Assembly (NCBI RefSeq): GCF_006345805.1
Contig: NC_043008.1
Coordinates: forward strand, 11,408,001 to 11,472,000
Source: Octopus sinensis
Lineage: Eukaryota
DNA length: 64,000 nucleotides
Direction of reading: 5' to 3'
Shown here: positions 13,970 to 29,860 of the stretch, piece after piece
How the letters are laid out: each line of letters opens with the position of its first letter
How positions within the stretch are numbered: the stretch's first letter is position 1
Translations under genes and position numbers: made by a program
Notes under the pieces: model-generated
What the model saw: the letters and a program-made list of their open reading frames with translations, nothing else
Databases searched by the model: none
What the model was told of the DNA's origin: nothing

Positions 13970-15504
13970 CATATATGTATACATACATACTACATACATA
14001 AAAAATATATATATATATTGATAAAAAAACGGTAAGATAACATATATATATATATGAGTATACACACAGAAAAACCCCATGTGTTATATAGATATACACA
14101 CATTAAAATACTCACATTTGTCTGTACCTCCTTTATGTGAGGCATTAATGAACATTATGTGTTTGTATCTATTTGTAATTATAGGTCTGACATAATTGTA
14201 TAAGGTTTTTGTTAAAGTAATTACTATATTTGAATAATAGCATGTTTGTAAGATCACATTAAGAGCAGTAATCCTTTTATAACTATATTTCGTGAACTTA
14301 ATGCATGCTCCGCTTTTAGCACTCACTCATAACTAAACATTACTTTAATTATCCTGCATCAATTTACGTGCGTGTATTACCTTCATACACATCAAATTTA
14401 AAGAAGTCCTTGGAACTTAAGTTCGGTTTGTAATGAGGCTTCTACCCCGAAAGTAAAAATCCATGGGAGAGAGGCTTCGATATTTTTTCACTTTCTACAC
14501 GAATTAAGTCACTTAGTTTATACCAAAGAAGAAAGAGTTTCAAAGTAGATGCGCTATGGAGAATTAAGTTCTGGGCAAAAGTCTAAGTTAGAAAACCGAA
14601 ATTACGATGTATGGCTAGCGTGAAATCCGAGCCCAAGACAAAACAAATGCAATACTCCTTTCCGGAAAAATCATTGCAATTGATTCTACATCGTGGAGAT
14701 GAACGATAAGGAATCTGGCGATGGATGTTGAAGTTAGTTGCATTAAGCCGGCAACTTGAAACCATTTCGAATATTCGCATTGCAGCTTAATCTAGGTAAG
14801 GCTCATAAGATTAGCCATTTAAAGACAAGAAATGGAAAATCATTGACGATCAAGAGATAATGTGTGATTTCTTTGCCTTCACTTAGTGAGGCATACATGG
14901 ACATTTGAACCAATTCAATTCGGCTGTCATACGATCTGGAGCTGAAACACTCGAGAGTGACCTGACTAACAAATAAATGATAATAATGAAATAACAAATA
15001 TTATTTCACTTAACATAGATAAATAAACGATAATAAATCATATTATTCATGACAAATGACACCAGTCGATTTACAGGAAAATATTTGAAATTATGAACAA
15101 AATGATAAATCGTTTTCTCTTTGGCGGGATCCCTTCTACAAATAAAAGAAATTAATGGGAATAATGCAATTGTGGTTGTTTGCTGATAATTGAACATTGA
15201 CTGAGATACTTTGACAGTGCAATATTTGTTATGTTGCATCTACCTCCTATGATCTGTCATACGTTCTCACATTGTCACTACGATCACAAACGTATAAACT
15301 CACCCCTCTCTCTGTCCCTCGTTCTATATATCTATTTATCTCTACAGAGAGAGAAAGTAGGAGAGGCAGATTGAGAAAGGAAAAGAGAGAGGGGAATAAG
15401 TGAGAGTGGAAGTGAGCTAGAGCTACAATCATATGATGTGTCAAGAATCTTCTGAGAATTACTGTAGATTATAAAAAAACTTCAAAATATCATTAATGTT
15501 TCTA

Positions 15505-16330
15505 AGACGGTGAGCTGACAGAATAGTTAGCATGCCGGACCAAATGTTCAGCGACATTTCGTCCATCTTTACGTTCTGGGTTCAAATACCTTCAGAGAAG
15601 ATTTTGTTTCCCAAACACCGGGTTTGATAAAACAAGTATCTGTCGAATTGCTGGCCTTGTACCAAAAGTTGAAAACAACATCAAATTTTCTGCAAGATGG
15701 AGAGCTGGCAGAAGTGTTAGCTCGCCGGACATAATGTTTAGCAGCATTTCGTCCGTCCTTACATTCTGAGTTCAAATTCCGCCGTAGTTGATTTTGCATT
15801 TCATCCTTTCGATTTAATCGACTTAGCACCAACCAAGAATTAGTGACAAAATTTAGTGACAAAATTTGAAGCCAATATTAGACATGGTTCAAAGGCGGTG
15901 AGCCGTTAGAATCATCATCGCACAGCAAAATTTTAATGGATCTTCATCCGTCCTTAACTTCTGAGTTCCAATTCCGCTGAGGTCGAATTTGCCTTTGATC
16001 CTTTCGGGGTCGATAAAATAAGAACCATTTGAGCCTTGGGATCAATGTAACCGACTTAGTCCATACCTCAAAATTGCTGGCCTTGTGCCAAAAGTTGGAA
16101 ACAACATCAAATTTTCTGCAAGATGGCGAGCTGGCAGAAGTGTTAACTCGCCGGACAAAATGTTTAGCAGCATTTCGTCCGTCCTTACATTCTGAGTTCA
16201 AATTCCGCCGTAGTTGATTTTGCCTTTCATCCTTTTGTAGTCGATGAAATAAGAACCAGTTTAGTACCGCAACTGATGTGATAGACTTGCCCTTGGCGTA
16301 ATCGAAGTTGATAGTCTTGTGCCAAAATTT
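15505..16330. mobile_element. Cluster of diverged SINE A copies including a local duplication
   Basis: Several gagctggcagaa...ttctgagttcaaattccgcc heads. ~15645-15810 and ~16070-16235 are near-identical, including flank sequence. Confidence 0.75.
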
Positions 16331-17248
16331 CAGGCCTCTATTTTTGCTGTCTCTCAGTATTGTTGAAGAGATGTCAATTTAAAGACGTGTGTTTCAATAT
16401 AATTTTAAATTGAATTACTAAAGTTTCCAGTACTCTGCAGATTTTTCTCGCTTTACATAAATTATATAATCTATACAGATTCCGTTACAAATGCAGTAGT
16501 GTTAGATTCAGTCGTCCAATACTGTTGTATGATCAAAATAAATATATCGGAGCCAACACACATTCTATTACTTGGCCATCAGCTAAATGGTAAGATAATG
16601 AGAAATTGTCTCTAGCAGAAAGAACAAACAACTAAACGTAGGACTATCAATCAACAGCAGTGTTCAGTTCGGTATTCGTATCATTATTGAAAGCATGTAC
16701 ATAATTTATTTGGATTACCTCCATAACAGAACACATTTTATCGACGGGGCAATGATATTTCTCCAAATCATTTTAAAGTGAATGGAAGCATGAAGCAACG
16801 ATGATATATTGAGCTTTATCTACTGTATTTGAATCTTTGAGATTTGTTTTATATAGACTGGTGCGTGATGTTATCAGCTAGCGCTTGAATATAAATGCTT
16901 TGAGAGACAGAAAAAGAAGAAATAAATTCAAAAAAGCCTCGAAGAAAAAGCAGTGGATTTACAGGAAACATTATAAATTACATTGAAAACGAGAAATCGT
17001 TGTTTCTTTCAGGTGATGTCTAATACAAATAAAATAAATTAATGTGAAGATTACGAAAACGAAAACGAAAGAAACTATGTTTGAAGTAACTAACCGAAAA
17101 CCAAGAATTCAATAAAATAAATTGGCAGTGAAAAGTTTGTTATATCTTCTGTTTTTTCTCTCTTGTAGTGAGTTTAACGTTCTCTCACTATCTTACTATC
17201 TCTGTCTGTTGGTCTTTTTCTGCTTACTCGGTCTTCTTACATACACAA

Positions 17249-17830
<582 letters not shown>

Positions 17831-18238
17831 ACAAATATATAATATACTCACCTGAAACTATCTTACAGATGTTTTTAATATTTACAAGTATAGAAACATA
17901 GAAAGATAGCAGCTTGAATATTCTGAAATAGTCTTGTATTTTAAAAACACAGAACAATGCAAGTTCAACATTCAACAAGGTGTTTCGATTTCATTAACTC
18001 CCTTTGGTGACAACTAATCCGGATATGAGACTTAACTCGACAAATAACTCGTTCAGTATCGAAATTGTTTGACATATCATTTACTAATTGTACGAAAATT
18101 AGGATAAAATAAATTACTACATATTAAACAATCTTAATTCAAAATATTGAATGGCACAACGTGCTGAGTAAACAGACAAGCGTATCCTTAGGAAGGACGT
18201 ATATTTGAGATGTTCCTCTGAGCCAACTTTCCTATACG

Positions 18239-18283
<45 letters not shown>

Positions 18284-18489
18284 CACACACATATATATAC
18301 ATAAATATATATACATATATATACATACACACATATATATATAAATGTATATACATATATATATATATACATACACACACATATATATACATAAATATAT
18401 ATACATATATATATAAAAATACATACATACATATGTTTATATATATCTATATATAAATACACATAAGCATATGTATATACACAAAAACA

Positions 18490-18711
18490 CTCCTACAAGG
18501 GGCTAAACACACAGAGGACAAACAAGGACAGAGAAACGGATTAAGACAATTATATCGAGCTCAGCGTGCAACTGGTACTTAATTTATCGACCCCGAAAGA
18601 ATGAAAGGCAAAATCGACCTCGGAGGAATTTGAACTCTGAACGTAGCGGCAGATGAAATACCCCTAATCATTTCGTTCGGCGTGCTAACGTTTCTGCCAA
18701 CTCGCCGCCTT
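18490..18711 (-). mobile_element. SINE family A
   Basis: The reverse complement runs from aaggcggcgagttggcagaaacgttagcacgcc to tttagccccttgtagg. Confidence 0.85.
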
Positions 18712-18754
18712 TGAATTGTAACGTTCGATATAATCGCGTTACAGCCGAAGAAAT

Positions 18755-19077
18755 CACCCCCATGACTTATTCTTTGTACGTCTAGTACTTATTCTATCGG
18801 GTTTTTGCCGAACCGCTATGTTTCGGGGACATAAACACGCCAACATCGGTTGTCAGGGGATGGTGGTGGTGGTAGTGGGACATACACAGAATGATACATA
18901 TATATACACACGACGGGCTTCTTTCAGTTTCCCTCTACCAAATCCACTCTCAAGGCTTTGGTCGGCCCGAAGTCAGCCCGAGGTTGTAGTAAACGACACT
19001 TGCCCAACTTGCCACGCAGTGAGACTGAACCCGGAACTATGTGGTTGGGAAGTAAGCTTCTTACCACATAGCCACGC
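18755..19077 (-). mobile_element. SINE family B lacking the 3' tail
   Basis: The head gcgtggctatgtggtaagaagc and the body align with 10381-10760. Confidence 0.8.
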
Positions 19078-19345
19078 TTAGTGATGGAAGAGAAATGTGA
19101 GAATGGTCTGATTGGAAGTCAGAATATAAATGAAGGGAAAATATTGAGGGAACCACTTCGTTGGTTTTATTTCAATCTTCAATTTATTTCATCTAACGTA
19201 ATCTCTAAATATAATTTTCGCCGAAATGTAATCGGGAATGGAAAATAAACTTACGTTGTATAAAGCAAAAGTACAGAAAAATCATATACTTCCATATATA
19301 ATGGGCACGCAGGCACACACAATCTCACACACTGACACACACAGA

Positions 19346-19383
<38 letters not shown>

Positions 19384-19633
19384 AACAGACACAAGAGACA
19401 CACACACAAGACACTCCCACACATACAAAAACTTGTGTGTGTGCATATATATAAGCGTATGTATAAAGATATATGTATATATGTATAAATATATGTGTAT
19501 GTATATAGATATGCACATGCCCATACACGCAAACACACACATGCACAGACACACATATATGTACAAACGCGAGTACATGCATGAATATATATGTATAAAA
19601 CGTGCACGTATGTACGTCTGTATACATATACAT

Positions 19634-19714
<81 letters not shown>

Positions 19715-20227
19715 CTCATATATATAAATATATATATATAGATATATATATATATATAAATATATATATATATACATAGATACATAGTTACATACACACA
19801 CATATATATAAATATATACATTGATACATACATACATACATATATAATATATATATATATTATATATATTATATATATATATATATATTATATATATAAG
19901 TGTATAGTTATCCATGCTTGCATGATGTAAGTGTATGCGTGTGTTTCTATAAAAGCAAGAACACATAAACCTGCATGCGTAGCTATGGCTCGAGACGTAT
20001 GCAAGCATGTTTATGTAAAGGGAAATAAACAACGTGGATGAATGAATGGAATAAGAAATAACCAGCAATAATATGAGATAAATTTGCAGTAAATTGCATT
20101 AGGTTGGAGCAACGAAGCCAGCGGGTATTTTGTTTGAAATGCATAGACAAAAGGAAGAATAGATTGCTTAACTAAGAGAAGTTTATATTAGTGTAGTGCT
20201 AGAAGGACAGAGATGATAAAGAAATAG

Positions 20228-20267
<40 letters not shown>

Positions 20268-20302
<35 letters not shown>

Positions 20303-20324
20303 CAGGTAGATAGATAGATAGATC

Positions 20325-20375
<51 letters not shown>

Positions 20376-20460
20376 TATAGATAGATAGATAGACAGGTAG
20401 ATAGATAGATAGATAAATATATAGTGAGGATAGATAAATATATAGTGAGAGATAGATAAA
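20268..20460. repeat. (GATA)n array
   Basis: Directly visible. Confidence 0.9.
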
Positions 20461-21714
20461 GGGAGGGAGAAGAGAGAGAGAATGATATAGAAGGAAAGAG
20501 AAAATTTGATGAAATCAAAAAAAGGATACGCAGAAACGGTGAAAAATGTAAGTAAATAAAAAATAAAAATGAAAAGAGAAAATAGCAAGTCGGAAAGAAA
20601 TACGGAAAGAGGAAAAGAAAGATAAGACTTGTAATGAAAGGAAGAAAACGACAAAAATGATTTCTTGATCATTTTAGAATATACTGTAAACACAAATGGG
20701 GAAAATAAAAATGAACGAAATTGGAGAACAGCAGCAACGTAGAGCAGCCATTTCGTGATAACGTGACATGCAACGACTTTGTTAACGTATCCCTTTCACT
20801 TTTGTAATCAGTCTTAGATTGTGCTTGCACTAAACACAACCAGCTACTTTTGACTGTGACAAGTCATAAAAATGATTTTAAAGCTCAGGGCATATTTTTT
20901 TCATTCTTTTTTTTTTATATTTTATTTTCTTATTTTATTTCATCCCGTCGATTTCGTCGAATAACTTAACTCCATTCAGTACCTTTTATTCACACAGCTC
21001 AGGTGGATGTTGTGTTGCGGCAGTGTTCGGAGCAGCAACATGAAATTTTATGTTATTGTGTATTCATAGATTGATGCAGTGTTCCTCATCCAATTAGAGA
21101 ACTTCTCTTTAATTGCCTCGAGCCGTACTATTGTGAGGATTTTGATCTTTTATTCGGATTTACCCAAAATACTTTTTCAATGGCCTTTTTTATAGCTAGC
21201 TTCTTGTTTCTTCAATTCTCCAACATAACAATTTAGTTACGTGCACAAATGTAGGTTGTACTTATAGCTATACGAGAACAGACGGATATAATAAACCGCA
21301 CAAACTGTCACAGGTATAAGCTACAAGTTCAAACCACACACACTTTTATCTATTTGCCTTTCTCTCTCTTTACTGAAGCTGATCTCTTTCTATATCCATC
21401 TAACTCTGATAATTTATATCTGTACGGTTTATCTGGAAATTTCTATATGTGTACAGCAAGTCATTTATATAAGGCAATTGTAGATTTTGTGTAACTATAC
21501 ATAGTCATGTATGCATTAATCAAGTACATTTCAAGAAACTATGTATATTTCCTCGAACCATGGTTCATAAAATTGCCAACCGTGCATCCTACACAAAACA
21601 CATGTACATATACCTGCACACATACAAGCGCACGCATACAAATTCACACACACAGATATAAGCGTACGTGTAGATGGTCCGTATGATATCAAAAGAACAT
21701 ATTCTTTTCTACTG

Positions 21715-22101
21715 AAGGTACAAGCCCCAACATTTTTGGAAAGGGGACCAGTCAATTTGATCGACCCCAGTACGCAACTAGTATTTAATTTATCGACCCA
21801 GAAAGGATGAAAAGCAAAGTCGACCTCGGCGGAATTTGAACTCCGAACATAACGGCAGAGGAAATAGCTATTTCTTTACTACCCACAAGGGGCTAAACAG
21901 AGAGAAGACAGACAAGAACAGACAAACGGATTAAGTCGATTATATCGACCCTAGTGCTTAACTGATACTTAATTTATCGACCCCAAAAGGATGAAAGGCA
22001 AAGTCGACCTCGCCGGAATTTGAACTCAGAACGTAGCGGCAGACGAAATATGGCTAAGCATTTCGTCCGGCGTGCTAACGATTCTGCCAGCTCGCCGCCT
22101 T
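21715..22101 (-). mobile_element. SINE family A, dimeric body
   Basis: One head at the 22101 end and two tandem body units. Confidence 0.85.
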
Positions 22102-22419
22102 TCAAACGAAGATTTTAACGTTAAGAAGGTGGTTGTGTTAAATCTTCCGACAAATTGAAAGTTGAGCATCAGAAACTTGTGATCTTAGGCTTGCTTGTGC
22201 AAAATCCATTATACTGAGCAGACCTATGGTAAAAGACTTTCCAGACATAATTATCCCATCATTCTCCTGTTGTTATTCTGTTTTCGGTTTTTGTTCATCC
22301 TTCGATTAATATCGATCTATGATAGTTTTGATACCTATTTTTCATGGAATGGTCATCCTCTTTTGCTTCTTTTCTTGTACAAATAAATGTTATACGAAAA
22401 ACAGGCAAAATTTCTAGCA

Positions 22420-22590
22420 CATCGGAAAGAAATTCTTAGTGGTATTTCTCCCGGCTTTTTACGTTCTGAGTTCAAATCCTGGCGAAGGCGACTTCTATCT
22501 CTTCGCTATAGATAAAAAAAAAATAATAATAAAGTACTAGTCAAATACGGGCGCCAATGTAATCAACTTATTCGTCCCCTAAAAAATCAC
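22420..22590 (+). mobile_element. Diverged SINE A
   Basis: tttacgttctgagttcaaatcctggcgaagg...taagtactagtcaaatacggg. Confidence 0.5.
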
Positions 22591-23204
22591 TGGCTTTGAA
22601 TCTTACACCAGAGCGGCGTCCTATTCTATAGCACGTCGTCATCTCGGTAATTTGTACGCTTGAGAAACCACGTGACATATCTCAAGGGCGAAAGATAACT
22701 TACGTAATAATAATTCATATAATCTTTCATTTGCTTCAAAAGGATATAATGAATTTAATGAAATTTTGGCTGCGATAACGTTTCTGTAGAAATACTTCAT
22801 TTAATTGGATGGCTTTTCATATTCACTTCAGAAGATTGTCATATCGTAAAAATCTTTTGTTTAATATTACTGTTTTTTGTAGCTCGTATTTGTCACGAAA
22901 TGTAATATGAGTTAATCTTGTAGAATGAAATTATTCTTCTAGTTTATGAATAGATAAATATATAGTCGTTTTTTTTTTATTTATTTAGTGCTCTTGTAGG
23001 TGTGGGTACCTACCATGAAAGCGCTGGATGTCTGGCGCTTTTACACCAACGCACGAATGCACGCGCGCACACACTGACGCAGATACAGAATTTTACTGGA
23101 TTCAGTCGCTGCAGATCGGACATGATAAGATTTATGCGTGGGAGTTTGTGTTTGTACATTCGTATGTGTATCTCTGACAATCTTTTTCTCTGTGGGAGTG
23201 CATA

Positions 23205-23239
<35 letters not shown>

Positions 23240-23321
23240 ATATATTATATTTATTTATTTATACACATATGTATACATATCCATATATAAATATGTGTGT
23301 ATGTGTATACATATATATACA

Positions 23322-23442
<121 letters not shown>

Positions 23443-24923
23443 GCATGTATGTATCTATGGAATCTGTTTGTGCACATATGAGTATTTCTGAACTTATATA
23501 ATAACAATAATACTTCCTGTATATATGTATATATATATATATATATTGCAACAGTGTGTACATAAATTGATTTCTATGTTAGGGAAATATATTATATTAT
23601 TACTATATTTGCTGAGCACGTTAAGTTTGTCAGTCGATGTCCGAGCAAGTCGATAGACTTCTGCTTAGAAAGTAATATAAGCAAAATGATGATATTAACA
23701 ACTGTCATTTGCGCAATAAAAATGTCCAAATTGCATTGCCAAATATCTGCCAAACACTGCCTACTTCAATTTGGTTACTTAACGTCGCATAATAAATGTT
23801 CATGATGTATTATTAGGCAGAATCTATTTCCTTAGTCTAACATTATTTTGTATTATTTCATAGATATTTCAAGAACTGATTCATAGTGATGCCTTTCAGA
23901 TAATCCTGTATTTAATATTGTATATCGAATCAGCTAATGCTTTAGATGAATGCTTTCCTGAAATTCCATTGATTAGAAACCGTTTGATCTTTGTTATCTC
24001 TGTGTTTATTATACGATAAGTGATAAACAAACTTTTTGATTGGTGCGATTGTCGCATTTTCTAAATGATAATTTCGCTATTATCTATATTACATAACAGA
24101 ACGAGCGTTTTACATTCTCTAGAGTTACAATTACGTTTATTACAAGTAATGTCAGTTGAATGTAGGATACTTGAAAACGTTGGCGTCTAATGGTTTACAC
24201 GCGTACCTGTTATTAGTATTACTTATGTTGCTTGAAATGTATACACAAGTTACGCTTTTAACTATAGTTAGTATATTTTTCGACACATGCAAAATTTTTT
24301 TTGCCATTAATAGAGATAATACGACCGTGTTTATCATTTGCGATATATACTAAAGCTGGTTCCACAAACTCTATATTTAGTTATAATATACTTTATTTGA
24401 ATAAGTATCTCAAAAGTGGGATCAGTTTTATATATTCTGCTAAAGACGATAATGCGCGCTGTTATATTTTATCCATTCAACTTACAGAGAGGACTATCAG
24501 AGAAAAAAAAATGATATCATCAATATTATTGGCCGGACATACACAATAGCTTCGCATTCTCCTCTGATATCGTAAGCAAATATTTCTTTTGCAAAACTGG
24601 CAAAACGAGAAAACAAAGGTTATGGAATAAAACGTAAGAAGTATTAGAGGTAGAAATGCACGTTAATATAAGCTTCATATATATTTATATAATTATAAAT
24701 TACTCATTAAAATATGCTTCATATGATAATGAGCACTAAATATACTTCATCTGCATTATGAATTAATTCTAAAACATTCTCAACACTTTTAATTAATGAA
24801 ATACACGATATGTTCTCAAATCGTTGATCAATATATTTGATATAGATTTACTGTAGCGTTTTGGCCAGTTCTCTAAACACATACAAGGACGAAATACGTC
24901 GCTGGGTCTCTTGAATAAACGAA

Positions 24924-25188
24924 ATAATAAAAAAATAAAGGCACCCCTTTCCAAGCCTAGCCAGGGTCATGGGCCCGGTTTCCCGGTTTCAATGGCGTAT
25001 GTGTTCCCCAGCTGGATGGGACGCCAGTCCATCGCAGCGTTACTCATTTTTGCCAGCTGAGTGGACTGGAGCAATGTGAAATGAAGTGTTTTGCTCAAGA
25101 ACACAACGCGTCGGCCGGTCCAGGAATCGAAACCACAATCTTACGATCATGATGCTATCATCCTAACCACTAAGCCACGCGCCTCCAT
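24924..25188 (-). mobile_element. SINE family D with TSD
   Basis: Head ggaggcgcgtggcttagtggttagg and central gcgatggactggcgtccc. ttgaataa(a/g)cgaa lies at 24911-24923 and 25189-25201. Confidence 0.85.
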
Positions 25189-25261
25189 TTGAATAAGCGA
25201 ACTTAATCTATATTTGTAGATGATCGGAGAAAATTCCCCCCAATGTGGTAAATATGCTTTG

Positions 25262-25468
25262 TTACCTTTTAAAGTCTAGCCAGGCTCATGGACCCGGTTT
25301 GCCGGTTTCTGTGGCGCATGTGCCCTCACCCAGCTGGACGGGCCGCCAGTCCATCGCAGCATTACTCAAGAAACAAGAAGAAAGAGTGAGAGAAAGTTGA
25401 GGCGAAAGGGTACAACAGGGATGGCCACTAACCTCTGCCAGAGCCCCATGGAGCTTTAGGTGCTTTCG
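25262..25468 (-). mobile_element. 5'-truncated mosaic SINE (C/E middle plus D 3' part)
   Basis: Contains the C-type ctttctctcactctttc module joined to the D-type gcgatggactggc...gagcctggctagac end. Confidence 0.65.
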
Positions 25469-25545
25469 CTGCCTGTGTGTGTGTGTGTGGTGTCTGTCTG
25501 TCTATCTGTCTGTTCCTCTGTCTGTCTCTGTGTCTGTCTGTGCGC

Positions 25546-25599
<54 letters not shown>

Positions 25600-25614
25600 C
25601 TATCTACTATCTAT

Positions 25615-25735
25615 CTTTTTTTTTTTTTTTTTTTTCCTCTCCCCTTTTTTTTTTTTTTTTTTTTTACCCCCCCCCTTTTTTTTGTCCTCTTTCTCTCCTT
25701 TTACGATCCCTTTTGATCGAAACTCCCCTTTCCTA

Positions 25736-25768
<33 letters not shown>

Positions 25769-25836
25769 TCAAAAGAAAAGCTCTACCTTGTAATTTGTTC
25801 TATCTGTGTGCAGCCCTGTGTGCTAATAAAGAAACA
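25615..25836 (+). mobile_element. Second copy of the Tx1-like 3' UTR inside (TATC)n
   Basis: Shares acgatccc-ttgatcgaaa and caaaagaaaagctctac...ctgtgtgcagccctgtgtg...aataaa with 8630-8777. Flanked by tatc on both sides. Confidence 0.7.
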
Positions 25837-25861
25837 TATCTATCTATCTATCTATCTATCA

Positions 25862-25918
<57 letters not shown>

Positions 25919-25919
25919 C

Positions 25920-25995
<76 letters not shown>

Positions 25996-27243
25996 TTGTC
26001 TCTCTGTCTGTCTATTTGTATGCGTGTTTGACTGTTTATATAACAATCCTTCTGTCTGTCTATATGCACACACACATACACATAGACATACGCACACGCA
26101 TAAACACGCATACATTTATATATATAGGCAAACGCTTACGTACGTCCACTCACACTCACATCTTTTATGGAAGATACACACACACACACACAAATATAAA
26201 CGCAGACAAACACATACACAATCATGTATCGGTGGTTGTAGATGGTGTTGATGATGTTCATAAGTCTCTACCCGTCTTTGAATTACGGACAGCGCTCATT
26301 CGCTGGCGGTCTGCGCTGTTTCCGTCTAGCAGCTGATCCCTCATAAGACACGGGTCTATCCATTATGGCAGAAAGCAGATGTTCAGGATTCTACGGTAGC
26401 TGAGCCCAGGAGGCCAGAATTACGAAGAGAAGATTATACGACCCCGGTGAACAAACATATATATACATACACAGGCATACATACACATACACAAATACAT
26501 ATGCATTTACACATATACAATATACATTTTATACTATGCACACACACACACACAGACACATACCCGCACACACACACATATATGTATTTGTGTGTGCATA
26601 TACATACAGATATATATGTATAGACAGGAAGTACGCTAAGAACTAGCCAAGATTCACGCATGTCGTTATATACAGCAACGCATACAAACAGTCTATCACT
26701 AAACGTAAAGCAGATATATCTATAGGAAACAGCAGCACCGTGGATCAATGTTTCCAATGAGAAAGAATGGTGGATTGACCGTCTCTGTGTGTCGGTGTGT
26801 CTATGCCATCAAAAGACACTCGAAAAAAAAGTCAATAAGCACTTTAGACAGACACGCTCCTTGGCGCCTTCTTCTGCATTCGTAAGTACCTAAGCGGCTT
26901 TTCATTCTCTCTTTCAATGAGGAACACTGAGATATCCGGTGCCCAGTTAAACTCTAACGACAATAATATTATTGATTCCTTTCACTGTGTGCTTTCAAAA
27001 GCCACAGAAATCTGTTTATGGCGAAGGTTACAGCGGGTCAATTCCTCGCTAAGCACTTGATTCTTCGTATAATATCTCATGTTAGTCTTCCTGGAATTGC
27101 GTGTTCTTCAATATGATTATATATCGTGAGATTTCACAAACAATGTGTTTACTGTGTGATTTTCTCATATTCCAGCTGATAATGCCATAATTTTCTGCTA
27201 ACAAATCCATATATATGTGTATATATAATATATATATATTATA

Positions 27244-27289
<46 letters not shown>

Positions 27290-28355
27290 TGTGTGTGTGT
27301 CGTGTGTGCATGCGTGTGTGTGCGAATGCTTGTGCGTTGGATTTGTATCTGAACGTGTAGGGTGTGTGTACATATATATATATGTGTGTGTGTGTGTGTG
27401 TATGTGTGTGTGTGTGTGCATATATATATATATGTTTGTGTGTGTTGTGTTTGTGTGTGCGTTTGTGTGTATGTGTGTGTGCGAATGCCTGTGCTTTGAA
27501 TTTGTATCTGAACGTGTAATGTACCGCATGTCTACGTATTTCTCTATCACTAAACATACACAGGTAGAATGGACGGAACAGACGCACATATACATGTAGA
27601 CAGGCACGCACTCATTCTCTGTCTGCCTGTCTGTCTCTCTCTCTCTGCCTCACACACACATATACACACGCATGCGCTTTAGTAGAAATACGTTGTTGGT
27701 GATTTCACTTCGCAGTCAACCACTTCCTGATTCAATTCCACTTTACCTCACTCAAGAATCTTCAAGTATTGCAATTGCAATCATGTCTTTTAAGAACTGC
27801 CGAGAGAGAGAGAGAGAGAGAGAGACAAAGATAGTGAGAGTGAGAAGGTGGATAGGTACAAGAACGCAATACTGCATTTCGCTTCAGGTTCAAATTCATC
27901 TTGAATACATGTAATTCCGAGCAAATAAGTTGAGCGTTTCATTTGTTCATTCACTCGTCTATATATACTTAGGCATACATGCACACGCATACATACAGAA
28001 TCGAATGTATATATGCATGGTATATATATATATATGCGTGTACACTCTCTCATACACACACACATATATATATATACATATGTGTGTGTGTGTGTTCATT
28101 TACATAATTTACATAAATGCATATGTGTTTGTGTGTGTATGTATATATGTATATATATGTTTACGTGTATATGTTTATGTGTGCATGTATTTATGTATAC
28201 GTTTAGCGTTCGGTTATTCGTATCTAAATGTGATTTTCAGCCCGAAATATACATGCGGATACTTAGAGAATTTATGTGCTTCGAGAACTGAATCCCAAAA
28301 TGAATCAATACATACGTATCCAATTATATATGTATATGTATATAATATATATATA

Positions 28356-28410
<55 letters not shown>

Positions 28411-28423
28411 TATATACATATAT

Positions 28424-28469
<46 letters not shown>

Positions 28470-28522
28470 GTATGTATGTATATATATATATATATACATA
28501 CATACATACTACATACATATAT

Positions 28523-28575
<53 letters not shown>

Positions 28576-28623
28576 CATATATATATATAATATATATATA
28601 TATATAATATATATATATATACA

Positions 28624-28656
<33 letters not shown>

Positions 28657-28854
28657 GCGTACATACATAGATACACACGCCGGCACACACATACATACAC
28701 ACATATATTTATATAGATGTCATTATCACCATTCTGAACAACATCATCAACACTATCTGCAACCACTGATACATGATTGTGTATGTGTTTGTCTGCGTTT
28801 ATGTTTCTGTGTTGTGTGTGTGTGCATGTGTGTGTATCTTCCATAAAACCTTTT

Positions 28855-29150
28855 CAATCTTTTTGTATCTTCCAGGGCCCTTACTAATTGTGTGATGTTC
28901 AATCTTCTTATTTTCCTGTTATCATGCTTGTCGTTCATCTTAACTCGTTACATCCTCTTGGACTTTCTGCAGTGGTTTCCTCATATCTTCGCTAATTGCG
29001 TTCCTAAATATATATACCATCTTATTCGCTACCTTCTTTTATTAGGATCCTCCCGTTTGTAATTTGGCTTAACACTTTGGAATTTTCTGACCAGTTAATT
29101 TCTTCTATTAACTGCAGGTTAACAATCTCATTTTTTATGTATTCCTTTTT
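28855..29150 (-). mobile_element. Possible very decayed R4/Dong-like LINE fragment
   Basis: Minus-strand peptide RKIRRLNITQLVRALEDTKRL is reminiscent of the region upstream of R4/Dong RT. The match is weak. Confidence 0.25.
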
Positions 29151-29860
29151 TAATCAAGTAATATCCAGATCCACTGATTTGCAACTTTAAATATAAATGC
29201 GTGCATTAATTTATGTTTGGTAATCTTATATTTAATGACTTATCTTACGAAATTCTGTTTAATGTGATAGCAGTTTATTGTGATATTGAGATTCTCCTTA
29301 TCATTATGTCGTTTTTATCAAAAATGTTTCTTAATATTATTTCCAAGCCAACAAAACTCATACGGTATTTTGGTGGTCTGATTATCAGGTATTATCGGAT
29401 TATCTTGTTCATATATTCCAGTGATTACACTGATTAAATTTTATCAAATTTAATGAGTAAGCCATATTTTTCCTTTTCATCACCCTGTTCGCATAAATTC
29501 GTTTACTACCAGCAATAACAACTGTACAGCTATTCTTCCATCGATTTTAAATGTACAAACAAAACCAGATTGAACTTCACTCGTTGATCTTTATGCACGT
29601 ATCAGTCCAATCTCAACTCACTCACTGATGCACAAATTAGTTGTGACAATTAACCATTTATTGAGAATAAACTGATTTAAGCGACTCTCCATGCTACGTC
29701 TCGCCTCTTGTCTCATTCAGTCCAAACACGAGACGAGGATACGCGTGGCATCGAGAGTCGCTGAAGAGGTTAGAGGATGTGCAAGAAAAGATTTCAGACA
29801 AAGGTCATTAAAACTGATTAAAATATTTCTATAGAAATGTAACTTAAACTTTATTCTCGA

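Noticed and set aside
26727-26886. Possible plus-strand exon (ETAAPWINVSNEKEWW...SSAF|GTAAGT)
   Set aside because: Weak acceptor, no recognisable homology and no partner exons.
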